Source of the DNA: Gammaproteobacteria bacterium
GTDB taxonomy: Bacteria > Pseudomonadota > Gammaproteobacteria > GCA-001735895
NCBI GenBank assembly: GCA_024686195.1
Contig: JAIBDO010000003.1
Coordinates: 1 to 45,972 of the forward strand
Reading direction: 5' to 3'
Length of the DNA: 45,972 bases
Of this stretch, positions 19,198-28,822 are shown piece by piece (the first letter of the stretch is position 1; each line of letters begins with the position of its first letter). Both the position numbers and the translations under genes were made by a program. Below the pieces are notes generated by a model. The model did no database searches. It was not told where the DNA came from and saw only the letters and a list, made by a program, of their open reading frames with translations.

Positions 19198-20355
19198 ATG
19201 AATTATGAACTTGATCATGAAGATATCAGAGACAGTTTGCGTCGCTTATGCGCGGACTTCGAAGGACCCTACTGGCGTAAATGCGATCGCGAGCAGGCTT
19301 ACCCCGGCGAATTTGTGCAGGCCCTGACCGATGCCGGCTACCTCGCCGCGTTGATACCCGAAGAATATGGCGGCTCGGGACTGCCGATTTCGGCCGCGGC
19401 AGCGATTCTTGAAACCATCCATCATGCAGGCAGTAACGCGGCTGCCTGCCATGCGCAGATGTACACCATGGGTACGGTGTTGCGCCACGGTTCGGAACAA
19501 CAGAAGCAGCAGTATTTACCCGCCATAGCCGACGGCAGTCTGCGCCTGCAGGCGTTCGGCGTGACCGAACCCGGCAGCGGCACCGACACCACCGCGTTGC
19601 GCACCACCGCACGCCGCGACGGTGATGACTATATTGTGAACGGTCAGAAAATATGGACGTCGCGGGCCGAGCATTCGGACCTTATGTTGCTGCTGTGTCG
19701 CACCACGGCACGTGATCAGGTCGAGAAAAAGACCGATGGATTGTCGGTATTGCTGGTAGACATGCGTGATTGCGATGAAAAATCGCTGACTATCCGCCCG
19801 ATCCGCACCATGATGAACCACGCTACCACCGAAGTGTTCTTCGACAACATGCGCGTGCCCGCTGAGAATCTTATCGGTGAGGAAGGTAAGGGTTTTCGAT
19901 ACATTCTTTCCGGCATGAATGCCGAGCGTATTCTGATTTCCGCCGAATGTATCGGTGATGCCAAATGGTTCACCGATACCTCCAGCCGCTACGCCAGCGA
20001 GCGTAAGGTCTTTGGTCGCGCCATCGGCCAGAATCAGGGTGTCCAGTTTCCTATCGCCAAAGCCTATGCGCAAATGCGCGCGGCGGAACTGGTGCTGCGT
20101 GAGGCGGTTCGACTCTACGAAGCCGGTGGCAACCCCGGCGAAGAGGCAAACATGGCGAAAATGCTGGCGGCGGATGCCTCCTGGGCGGCGGCAGAAGCTT
20201 GTGTGCAAACCCACGGTGGTTTCGGTTTTGCCGAGGAATACGATATCGAACGCAAGTTTCGCGAGGCGCGCCTCTACCAGGTGGCACCCATTTCGACCAA
20301 TCTGATCCTGAGCTACATCGCAGAACATGTCCTTGGCATGCCCAGATCCTACTGA
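19198..20355 (+). CDS. Acyl-CoA dehydrogenase family protein
   Basis: PEEYGG, FGVTEPGSGTD, NGQKIWTS, RKVFGRAIGQNQ and QTHGGFGFAEEYDIER motifs. Confidence 0.95.
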   Translation: MNYELDHEDIRDSLRRLCADFEGPYWRKCDREQAYPGEFVQALTDAGYLAALIPEEYGGSGLPISAAAAILETIHHAGSNAAACHAQMYTMGTVLRHGSEQQKQQYLPAIADGSLRLQAFGVTEPGSGTDTTALRTTARRDGDDYIVNGQKIWTSRAEHSDLMLLLCRTTARDQVEKKTDGLSVLLVDMRDCDEKSLTIRPIRTMMNHATTEVFFDNMRVPAENLIGEEGKGFRYILSGMNAERILISAECIGDAKWFTDTSSRYASERKVFGRAIGQNQGVQFPIAKAYAQMRAAELVLREAVRLYEAGGNPGEEANMAKMLAADASWAAAEACVQTHGGFGFAEEYDIERKFREARLYQVAPISTNLILSYIAEHVLGMPRSY

Positions 20356-20383
20356 TTGGGATACTGGGTATAGGGACAAAGGA

Positions 20384-20531
20384 GAATGTCACCAAGTTAA
20401 GGCTATTCACAAGGTCATCCCGGCCTTGAGCCGATACGTCCGACCACGGGATCCAGAGGGTGCTGGATTGCGCGGTCCGACGTTTCGGCTCGGAGGCCGC
20501 AATGACGAGGGCTTTGGGCTTAAGTAAGTGC
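20384..20531. mobile_element. MITE/REP-like element A
   Basis: Degenerate ends GAATGTCACCAAGTTAAG and CTTAAGTAAGTGC flank an internal palindrome GTCATCCCGGCCTTGAGCCG...CGGCTCGGAGGCCGCAATGAC (20414-20506). Confidence 0.6.
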
Positions 20532-20692
20532 GAGACGGGACAATGAGATCGGCCGCCAAATCGCCGCCAGATTACCAGGGTTGCGATCAGCACAGAGTCA
20601 GCTTCGATCGCGCAAAAGTGCTCTCGTCGTATCCCGATTGTCGCTGCTCGACTGGAGCGCAGTGCGTTAGTGGGTTGTGACGAAGCTGTCAG

Positions 20693-21871
20693 TCAAACTG
20701 TTTCGTCGGCAGTTGCATCCAGTGCGTCGATGACCGCTTTGGCTACGATGCGATTAAAGCAGTGCGCGGGTTGATCCATTCCAGGTGACAGGGCGCCACC
20801 CTGGAATGCCGGGGATTGTCGACCACGCTGCATACCTTCGATCATATCCCGGTCTTCCTCAAAAATATTCAGCATGCGATCGCGGTTTTTACTGCGCAGG
20901 TCTTTGTATATCGGGCTGGTCGCACCGTCACCAAAGTAATACAGGTCCATGCGTTCGAAGGTTTTGCATTCAGACAGTGGAATCAAATGGACCGTCCACA
21001 CATGGTCGGCATGCACGCCCATCATTATGTTGGGGAAGATACTCAAAAATTCGGCCCGGCCTTGCTGGAAGGGCTCGCTCAAATGGGGATTGTAAGGAAG
21101 GCGTGTTTCTCCGATCGCGCCGGCGTGATGTTGGCCCAGCGAAATCTGGCCCGAGGCCGAGCCCTCGATCAGCAGAGGGCGATGGTCGCGCAGGGGCGAG
21201 TAACTATTCAGATCGGGATGTACGAAGGGTAAGTGATATCCGTCAACGTGATTTTCCTGGGCGAACTTCCAGTTACCCTGTAATTCGAGTTCCCAGCAGG
21301 AATCTGTGCCTCCATGGGTGTAAGCGTCGAAATCAAATTCATGCCAGTGACGGGTGACAGGCTCGATAAAGCTGGCGAAATCGGGTGCTTGCCCGTCGAT
21401 GTTGACGAAGATCATTCCAGCGAAAATATGGCTGCGCACTTGCTGCAGTCCATGCAGCGTATTATCGAAGTTATCGTCACTATGAACGCCTTCACCGTTA
21501 ATGTGGGGTGTGGCTTTCAGTTCGCCGCATGCACTGTAGCACCAGCCATGGTAGCGACAGGTGATCAGTTGTTTGATCGGTCCGGGTTGTTCCACCAGCT
21601 TCATCCCGCGGTGTGAGCAGACATTGTGAAAAACCCGGATGGTGCTATCTCGGTCGCGAACTAGCAGCAGGGGAAGGTCGATAATGTCGACAGGATGAAC
21701 CCAGCCGTCGCCGGACAGTTGTGCGAGAGTCGCGATGCAATACCAGGTTTTTGCCAGCACCTGGTCACGCTCAAACTTGGCGTATGTCGATGAGTTGTAT
21801 GCCAGATTCGGCAAGCCGGTCAAAGTCTCCAGGGGCTGGCGAAAAACATCAGCGTCGAATACCTTATCCAT
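20693..21871 (-). CDS. Rieske non-heme iron oxygenase alpha subunit (choline monooxygenase/CntA/GbcA-like)
   Basis: Rieske motif CSHRG...CRYHGW, mononuclear Fe motif NWK..ENHVDGYHLPFVH, and EED..E..QRG. Confidence 0.92.
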   Translation of the reverse strand: MDKVFDADVFRQPLETLTGLPNLAYNSSTYAKFERDQVLAKTWYCIATLAQLSGDGWVHPVDIIDLPLLLVRDRDSTIRVFHNVCSHRGMKLVEQPGPIKQLITCRYHGWCYSACGELKATPHINGEGVHSDDNFDNTLHGLQQVRSHIFAGMIFVNIDGQAPDFASFIEPVTRHWHEFDFDAYTHGGTDSCWELELQGNWKFAQENHVDGYHLPFVHPDLNSYSPLRDHRPLLIEGSASGQISLGQHHAGAIGETRLPYNPHLSEPFQQGRAEFLSIFPNIMMGVHADHVWTVHLIPLSECKTFERMDLYYFGDGATSPIYKDLRSKNRDRMLNIFEEDRDMIEGMQRGRQSPAFQGGALSPGMDQPAHCFNRIVAKAVIDALDATADETV

Positions 21872-21992
21872 ATTCTTCAGTCTTCCGGTTACTCATCAGT
21901 GGATCGCGCGGCGAAGTCTTTTTCATGCTCGCTGATTATATCGCCAGCTATTCTCCAAATCCCAGTTAAATCTGGCTTCTGTCCTGCTGTTG

Positions 21993-22652
21993 CTATCTGG
22001 GTGTTACCAGCGGGAGAAAAAATTCGCTGATAAAACTGTGGGCTTCCTGCAGGGTGAAGAGTTGGCGCTGGGCAGGGTGCTCTGCTTGCCATTTGTCGGC
22101 AAGCACCTGGTTACCGATAAACAGCATTTCCGTGCAAAGTGACGCTGAACAGGACTGGCTATTATCTGCTGCGGACCAGTCGATTGCGGCTATCACCGTG
22201 CTGTCGGTCTCGAGTTTTTTGCCATCCTGCTGGATAGTAATGGCCTTTTCACTGAGTCGGCAGGTGGCATCAATACGTGTTGGCAACTTGAACATCGAGC
22301 TGATGGCCAACGCATCGAATGCACAAACCGCCTCGACCTGGCCATGTACCGAAGTGACGTGGTAGCCGCGATCCCCTGCAGAAAATGGATAGGCGATGGA
22401 AATACTGCCGCTATCCAGCACGATGAGGCCGGCAGCTTCAAGTTGTTGCAAAGCTGCAATCCACTCCAGCTCACTCGGTATATCGTCGTGTGTTGGTGCG
22501 CGCCCTTGCTTGAGAAAAAAGTGGAGGATATTCAGGTGTGTGAAGCGTCGCGCTGCGCAAAGCTGATTCTGGCCCGCTGCTAGTGGCAGTATCGAGCGCA
22601 GTTGCTTCAAAGCCATTGCGATATCAACCATATCTGCGTGTATCCCGGTCAT
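21993..22652 (-). CDS. Organomercurial lyase MerB-like protein
   Basis: wHTH-like N-terminal region, AYPFS, AVCAFDAL (Cys/Asp catalytic pair as in MerB WCALD) and LCTEMLF (second Cys). Start inferred. Confidence 0.7.
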   Translation of the reverse strand: MTGIHADMVDIAMALKQLRSILPLAAGQNQLCAARRFTHLNILHFFLKQGRAPTHDDIPSELEWIAALQQLEAAGLIVLDSGSISIAYPFSAGDRGYHVTSVHGQVEAVCAFDALAISSMFKLPTRIDATCRLSEKAITIQQDGKKLETDSTVIAAIDWSAADNSQSCSASLCTEMLFIGNQVLADKWQAEHPAQRQLFTLQEAHSFISEFFLPLVTPR

Positions 22653-22747
22653 GAACCTGGTGGGGCATTGTACATTCCTTTGCAGAGATGTTGCTGCAAG
22701 CTCATGACTAAATTCTGCAATCAGGTAAGTGAAGTGGAGTTGAGTAA

Positions 22748-23641
22748 TTAATCCGGGATAGTCTGTTTCTGTTTTGCCAGGTGTTCGCGCCAACTGATGA
22801 ATATGCCGCCGCTGATTATCAGCAGGATGCCGAGACCGCTTGGCGTAGAGATGATCTGGCTGAAGGCCAGATAGTCATAGATGGCGGCAAACGCCGGCGT
22901 CGCAAACCAGAAGGGGGCGACGAAGCTCGCGTCACCGCGTTGCATGGCAAGGATGTTGGTGGCCTGCACACCGATCATCAGAAAGCCAATCACAATGATA
23001 AGCAGCCATTGCGCTGCCGTGGGTGCCTGCCAGACGAAACCGATAACGGCTGCAGAGATGATGGCGCCAATCATATTGTTGATGATGAGGATGCGAAGTA
23101 CCGGTTCTCGTCCGCTGAGTTGTTTGATAAAGATGATTTCGAAGCCGATGAAGACAGCGGCCAACAGGGCGATCAGTGCCACCGGCTGAAATGCCGAGGT
23201 GCCGGGTCGGGTGATCAGCAAGGCGCCGATAAGGGCGATTATGGCAGCCCCCCAGCGCCTTGGTCCGGCGCGTTCTTTCAGCATGAAAACCGACAACCCC
23301 AGGGTGACGATGATGCTGAGAAAGCTGATGGCGGTGGCGTCCGCCAGCGGCATAACAATTGCGGCAGTGAACAGGCAGGTAACACCACACCAGCCTGCGA
23401 TACCGCGCCGTAGATGCAGCCCCCAGGGAACCTGGTCGAAAGACACCGGTTTGATGAGAACAACCGTGCTCAGGAATAGCAGGGCGACAATGAAGCGCGC
23501 CGCGGAGATTTGCATCGGGTGCAGCGGCGGACCCAGTGTATCCGTGCCCAGCAGCTTGGCCACCAGCGACAGCAGCGCGAACAGGGCCACCGAAACCAGG
23601 ACCAGGACAATGCTTTGTGTTGTCGGTTGCAGGCGTGGCAT
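22748..23641 (-). CDS. DMT/EamA family transporter
   Basis: MPLADATAISF, LKERAGPRRW, LLITRPG and DASFVAPF motifs. Confidence 0.9.
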   Translation of the reverse strand: MPRLQPTTQSIVLVLVSVALFALLSLVAKLLGTDTLGPPLHPMQISAARFIVALLFLSTVVLIKPVSFDQVPWGLHLRRGIAGWCGVTCLFTAAIVMPLADATAISFLSIIVTLGLSVFMLKERAGPRRWGAAIIALIGALLITRPGTSAFQPVALIALLAAVFIGFEIIFIKQLSGREPVLRILIINNMIGAIISAAVIGFVWQAPTAAQWLLIIVIGFLMIGVQATNILAMQRGDASFVAPFWFATPAFAAIYDYLAFSQIISTPSGLGILLIISGGIFISWREHLAKQKQTIPD

Positions 23642-24172
23642 CAGGGTTTGCGAAACAGGTCAGTAGGGCGCCAGTTTGAAGATCTGTTCGAATTTAATGT
23701 CGACAACATGTGTTCTATTGTTTCGGCCAATTAGTGGGTGAACGGAGATTAATGAGTCAGCAGGCCTGATGCAATCGGAATAGCCTTTAATCAGGCGGCC
23801 CGGCAGCAGAACAGTTGTGCTCGGCAATGATCTGTTTTTAGTCACTTCCACTTTCTTCAATCTTCTCGCGCCTGGCTGGAACAATACCGGGTAAGGGAAT
23901 ACAACTTCCGCTAGCAAAAGACAAGGCTGTCTATTTGATAAATTCAGTCTGACTTCAGTAACGGCGTTCGTGTTTATTTTGAGTCAATAATATTGATCCA
24001 GAAACGCGGAAAAGATTATTTTATTAAATCTGAGTATCAGGGCAATATACGCAATCGGTACTTTGATTCAGCGCGCGCCAGTCTGGCGCAGACGGGTCCT
24101 AAAACGAGGGTTAATGAATGATTCGCACTGGTGAGCAGAACAAAAATTCCATGCCTTTGCAGGGAGTTGTCC

Positions 24173-25426
24173 ATGTCGATTGAACAAGTAGAAACACTCG
24201 TGGTTGGTGCCGGCCAGGCAGGAGTAGCCATGAGCGAGCACCTGAGCAACTGCGGTGTGCCTCACCTCATCCTGGAGCGTCATCGTATTGCAGAGCGCTG
24301 GCGCTCGGAACGATGGGACTCGCTGGTTGCCAATGGCCCGGCCTGGCATGATCGATTCCCGGGAATGGAATTTGCCGATTTCGATGCAGAGGCTTTTGCC
24401 CCCAAAGAGCGCGTGGCCGATTATTTCGTCGATTATGCGGCTAAAATCGATGCACCCATCCGCTGCGGTGTCGAGGTCAGCGAAGTGCGCCGCAATGTGG
24501 GTCGCCCTGGTTTCCATGTCGAAACCTCGGAGGGTGTCATCGAAGCCAACAGCGTGGTTGCTGCTACCGGGCCTTTTCAAAAACCGCTAATACCAGCCCT
24601 GGTGCCTGATGATTCCGGGATCATGCAGATTCATTCCAATGCTTATCGCAATCCCGAGCAGTTGCCCGAGGGTGCGGTGTTGGTGGTCGGAGCGGGGTCT
24701 TCCGGGGCGCAGATTGCGGATGAACTGCTGCGCTCGGGAAAGTCTGTCTATCTTTCGATCGGTCCACATGATCTGCCGCCGCGCCGCTACCGTGGACGAG
24801 ACTTTGTCTGGTGGCTTGGCGTCCTCGGCAAGTGGGATGTTCCGGCACTCGAACCCGGCACGGAACATGTCACCATCGCGGTGAGCGGAGCCCATGGTGG
24901 GCACACGGTCGACTTCCGGCGTCTTGCCGGTGAGGGTCTCACTCTCGTTGGGCGAACAGAATCCTGCAAAGATGGTGTGATGCGTTTCGCCACGGATCTT
25001 GCGGAAAATATTGCAAAAGGTAATGCAAACACGCTGTCGGTGCTGGACGAAGCCGATGCCTATATTGTGCGCAATGGTCTCGACTTTGTGGAAGAACCTG
25101 AAGCGCGCAAAGTCGGAGCAGATCCGCAATGCGTTGCGGACCCCATTCTGGAGTTGAATCTGGCAGAGGCCGGAATCACGTCGATCATCTGGGCTACCGG
25201 CTTTGCGCTCGATTACAGCTGGTTGAAGGTTGACGCCTTTGATGAAAAAGGCAAGCCGAAGCATCAACGCGGTGTTTCAGCGGAGCCCGGAATATATTTC
25301 CTGGGATTGCCCTGGCAATCGCGGCGCGGTTCCTCCTTCATCTGGGGTGTCTGGCATGATGCCAGGTATGTGGCGGATCAGATTTCCATACAGTGCCAGT
25401 ACCGGGCCTACCGTCCGCCCGCGTAG
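24173..25426 (+). CDS. Flavin-containing monooxygenase-like NAD(P)/FAD-dependent oxidoreductase
   Basis: Two Rossmann motifs (GAGQAG, GAGSSG), RWDSL, HSNAYRNP, WATGF and GIYFLGLPW. GGAG precedes ATG 24173. Confidence 0.9.
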   Translation: MSIEQVETLVVGAGQAGVAMSEHLSNCGVPHLILERHRIAERWRSERWDSLVANGPAWHDRFPGMEFADFDAEAFAPKERVADYFVDYAAKIDAPIRCGVEVSEVRRNVGRPGFHVETSEGVIEANSVVAATGPFQKPLIPALVPDDSGIMQIHSNAYRNPEQLPEGAVLVVGAGSSGAQIADELLRSGKSVYLSIGPHDLPPRRYRGRDFVWWLGVLGKWDVPALEPGTEHVTIAVSGAHGGHTVDFRRLAGEGLTLVGRTESCKDGVMRFATDLAENIAKGNANTLSVLDEADAYIVRNGLDFVEEPEARKVGADPQCVADPILELNLAEAGITSIIWATGFALDYSWLKVDAFDEKGKPKHQRGVSAEPGIYFLGLPWQSRRGSSFIWGVWHDARYVADQISIQCQYRAYRPPA

Positions 25427-25479
25427 CTCAAGACTGTGCGACGATCGCGACTATGGTGAGCTCAGACTCTGGGCCATCT

Positions 25480-26151
25480 TTAATCCGCGCCGGGCCAAAC
25501 CCGACGAGCGATTACCGGGCCTCCGGCAGGGTAATCGAGATAGTCCGATACCTGTGCTGACCAATCACTTGATGAGGCATCCGCTATTGTAGTCAGTGTC
25601 ATTGCAATCAGTGGAGCGTCAGGCGGCTTCATTTCGTGCACAACGGCGTGCCGGACTGACCCGGTGGAAGCGAGCAATTTACGGGTGACGCCCGCAGCGG
25701 CAGAATTGATGAGATAGTCCTGTACCAGCCACGCACCCAGATTCTCGTCGTTTCCATTCGCGTTGAACAGCGCAAGGCTGATGCTTTCCGCATTGATACA
25801 TGGGCTGGTTTCCAGTGATCCGCTATCACCATCAAAAACCCACTCCTCAGAGAGAATCAACATATTGCTATTTGACCGGTAACTCATCATCTGGCGAGTT
25901 TCAGGTGGCTGACCGGGCTTGATCTGGGCGGGACTTGGATTGTAAAAGACGCTGCTGTCGGTTCCGCCGAAAAGCGCGATATATCGCGAATCGGCAGCAT
26001 CATCATCGGCAACGATTTTATAGTGTGCGGCCCAGGTGTAACCCGGTCGAGCGAGCTTTTCCGGAATATGCACCTCGTTGAACCACTGCAGGTATCGATC
26101 GGAATGCGCTCGATCAAGGTCGTAAATGATCATCCAGATAGCTGCGGCCAT
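25480..26151 (-). CDS. Hypothetical protein, DUF4286/EthD-like ferredoxin fold
   Basis: YLQWFNEVHIPEKLARPGY pattern and a strong GGAGGA RBS. Confidence 0.6.
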   Translation of the reverse strand: MAAAIWMIIYDLDRAHSDRYLQWFNEVHIPEKLARPGYTWAAHYKIVADDDAADSRYIALFGGTDSSVFYNPSPAQIKPGQPPETRQMMSYRSNSNMLILSEEWVFDGDSGSLETSPCINAESISLALFNANGNDENLGAWLVQDYLINSAAAGVTRKLLASTGSVRHAVVHEMKPPDAPLIAMTLTTIADASSSDWSAQVSDYLDYPAGGPVIARRVWPGAD

Positions 26152-26377
26152 ACTCGTTCCTCCCTTTGTCTGTCGCGCCGAACGGCTTCAACGGAACCGC
26201 AATCTACCATTGACGCCTGCTGTTATGAAAGCGGTTTTGCTATGCTACGGGCAAGCAACCCGCGGTCAACAGGACGCCTGTCCAGCACGTTGAGTCAGCA
26301 GTAAAGTTTTCCGCCCGGGATCATCAGGTTTGCAGGGTGTGCTCCCTTGCACGGTTTATCAGTGAGAAGAAGAGGCT

Positions 26378-27004
26378 ATGGCAAAAGATTCCAGCGAGAT
26401 CCTTGGGCGCGTTAGCAACCTTGAGCAGGATGATAGTTCGCGCGATATTTATGATGACTGGTCGGAGGACTACGACGCTCATTTACAGAGTGAGTTTGGT
26501 TATATCTCTCCGTTTGTCGCCGCCACTGAGCTGGCTCAACGACTGCAGCATCGTGATCTCGAGATCATCGATTTCGGCTGCGGGACTGGACTGGTCGGCG
26601 AGGCCTTGCGTCAGCAGGGGTTTGTCACTATCGACGGAGCGGATATTTCCACCGGTATGTTGGAGCAGGCGCGCGCCAAGCGGGTTTATCGTAATTTGTT
26701 AAGCGCTGACCTTACTGCGCGAATACCACTGGACGATGATTGTTACGGGGCGGGCCTGTGTGTGGGTTCATTAGGTGCGGGTCACGTCGGCGCGCAGCAT
26801 GTGGCGGAAATGTTGCGGCCGATCAGGCGCGACGGTCTGTTCGTGCTGACCATGAATGGTAGCTACTTCGAATCGGGCAACTTCGAGCAAACCTTCTGGC
26901 AAATGCAGGACGATGGCCTGTGGTCAATCCTGAAGCTTGAGGAATTCAACTACATGACGGAGTTGGTGCGCCCCGGTTGGTTGCTGGTTGCCGTCAAGCA
27001 ATGA
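26378..27004 (+). CDS. Class I SAM-dependent methyltransferase
   Basis: YDDWSEDYD, IIDFGCGTGLVG and GADISTGML motifs. Confidence 0.92.
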   Translation: MAKDSSEILGRVSNLEQDDSSRDIYDDWSEDYDAHLQSEFGYISPFVAATELAQRLQHRDLEIIDFGCGTGLVGEALRQQGFVTIDGADISTGMLEQARAKRVYRNLLSADLTARIPLDDDCYGAGLCVGSLGAGHVGAQHVAEMLRPIRRDGLFVLTMNGSYFESGNFEQTFWQMQDDGLWSILKLEEFNYMTELVRPGWLLVAVKQ

Positions 27005-27181
27005 ACTGCGGCGCAGGTCAATGAGCCGGATACGATCCGTTCAGTTCGATGCAAGGTAACAGTTAACTTAACCAGCGGCGTGCCATAGTTCAGCTGACTG
27101 TGATCTGTACTCAGTGTCGGCGAGATCAATTCGAGCAAGGTATCAGCATCCTTCCCTGCAGGTGCAGTTTAGAGGGGGCAA

Positions 27182-27405
27182 GACTCAATGGCACTTGCTT
27201 GAGCTCACCACTATCGTCATAAAATTCCAGGTACGACCAGATAATCGGTAAAAGTTTTCGCAAATGCCTCGGCGGCTACGCCGCCTGCGGTTTACTTCGC
27301 GAAAACTTTTACCGACTATCCGGTCTTAAGCATTATTTGGCATTTTCATTTTGGATGTATTGTGAGAATCCATACTCGCGGGCCTATGTAAGTGTTATTC
27401 GGGTC
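27182..27405. mobile_element. MITE-like element C carrying a 27-bp-arm hairpin
   Basis: Ends GACTCAATGGCACTTGCTTGAG and CTATGTAAGTGTTATTCGGGTC resemble the TIRs at 30389 and 30495. Internal inverted repeat at 27235-27261 / 27299-27325. Confidence 0.6.
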
Positions 27406-27454
27406 AAGACTGGAATTTGCAGATAGAATAGCGGGACTTTGATACTGAACGAGA

Positions 27455-27682
27455 TTGAGTGATATGCGCTGGCGAGAAGGACAGGAAGTCGATCCAAACA
27501 ATCCCTATGCCGAGAGCACCCACATGATGCTGGACATGGCTTACTGGATGTCCATACCCATTGGCCTGGTGTTATTGTGGATGGGCATCAAGGGGCGCGT
27601 GATGTGGCTTAAAGTGTGGAGCGTCGGCCTGATGTTTCTTGGCGTTGGCATTCTGCTAAACGATTATTTCGATCTGCTCTAG
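27455..27682 (+). CDS. Small membrane protein with two TM helices, hypothetical
   Basis: 75-aa ORF with two hydrophobic segments, filling the intergenic space. Start is TTG 27455 or ATG 27464. Confidence 0.6.
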   Translation: MSDMRWREGQEVDPNNPYAESTHMMLDMAYWMSIPIGLVLLWMGIKGRVMWLKVWSVGLMFLGVGILLNDYFDLL

Positions 27683-27738
27683 CCGGCTGTGATGCCTGTC
27701 AATCCCGGCCGACCTCGATCATAGCCCTGTTTTTAGGT

Positions 27739-28554
27739 TCACCTGTCGTCAAGATCGCCCATAAGAAATTTGCTGATGCTCCGGTAAGCCATAGGGTCGT
27801 GGTCGTAAAAGTCGTGGCCACCCTGGAAAAACTGTATGCGGGAATGCTCGATCTGCTGCTGGATGGCTTCAAGGTTTTGCGGCGGTGCGATACCGTCGTA
27901 GGCACCACCGGCGATAAAAACCGGCAGCTTGACCTGGGTCAATCGAGCGCAGGTATCGTGATCGATACGCGCTTCGAGTTGGCGTAAGGCGCCGGTTTCC
28001 CGCCCGGGTTCGTCGGCGCCGGCATTGCGCGCATTGCGCAGCGCCAATATTGCCCGGTACTGATCAGGGTTTTGCTGCTGCCACTGGCTATCGTGACGGC
28101 TGTCATTGATCGCGATCGATAACGAATTCATCTCATCTTCGGGCAAATCAGGCATTTCATGAAAGGGGTAGGAATGTCCACCTGCTCCGCCACTGCTGGT
28201 GCAGCAAAGCACCATACGATCGATACAATCGGCATGACGCAGGGCGAGTTCCTGAGCCACCATGCCGCCAAACGAAATACCCACCACGTGGCAGTGGTCC
28301 CAACCGAGCGCCTTTAATAATTCCGCGGCATCGTCGGCATAGTCTTCCATGGTATAGCGAATATCCGGTCGTCCGCTTTGCCCGAGACCACGCTGGTCAA
28401 AGGCCAGAATCTCAAAGTGATCGGCCAGTGGCGAGTCAAAAATATTCGGTTTATTGCGCAGGTCGGCCCCGGTGCCGCTGATGTAGAGTAAGCGTGGCCC
28501 TTTGCCCGAGGTTTCATAATAAATTTGAATATCGCGTACGCTGATGAAAGGCAT
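27739..28554 (-). CDS. Alpha/beta fold hydrolase
   Basis: IYYETSGKGP, FDQRGLGQS, nucleophile elbow GISFGG, YDGIAP and GGH motifs. Confidence 0.92.
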   Translation of the reverse strand: MPFISVRDIQIYYETSGKGPRLLYISGTGADLRNKPNIFDSPLADHFEILAFDQRGLGQSGRPDIRYTMEDYADDAAELLKALGWDHCHVVGISFGGMVAQELALRHADCIDRMVLCCTSSGGAGGHSYPFHEMPDLPEDEMNSLSIAINDSRHDSQWQQQNPDQYRAILALRNARNAGADEPGRETGALRQLEARIDHDTCARLTQVKLPVFIAGGAYDGIAPPQNLEAIQQQIEHSRIQFFQGGHDFYDHDPMAYRSISKFLMGDLDDR

Positions 28555-28822
28555 GGCGGTTCTGTTTGGAAAGAGGAGCGTAAGTGTATCGAGAAAATCA
28601 GACGAGTACATGAAATCTCACACGCTTTCCAGCTATCTGCGAACATTGCGGGTATCTATGGCCAGACTGTCAGATGCGTGCTACCAGTTGCATGGGCAGG
28701 GTCAACTGGGTTGACTACTTTGTGTTTCGAACCAATTCACATCAAGGCCCGGAAACTCTTATTCGTCATGCAGATTGTTAGTGTTCTGTTATGATGCGCC
28801 ACCCGCAGTAATGAGCCCGGAA

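Noticed and set aside
19516-20379. 287-aa minus-strand ORF and similar long overlapping ORFs (10866-11657, 22781-23413, 24587-25267)
   Set aside because: They lie antisense to well-supported genes and have no motifs, typical of shadow ORFs.
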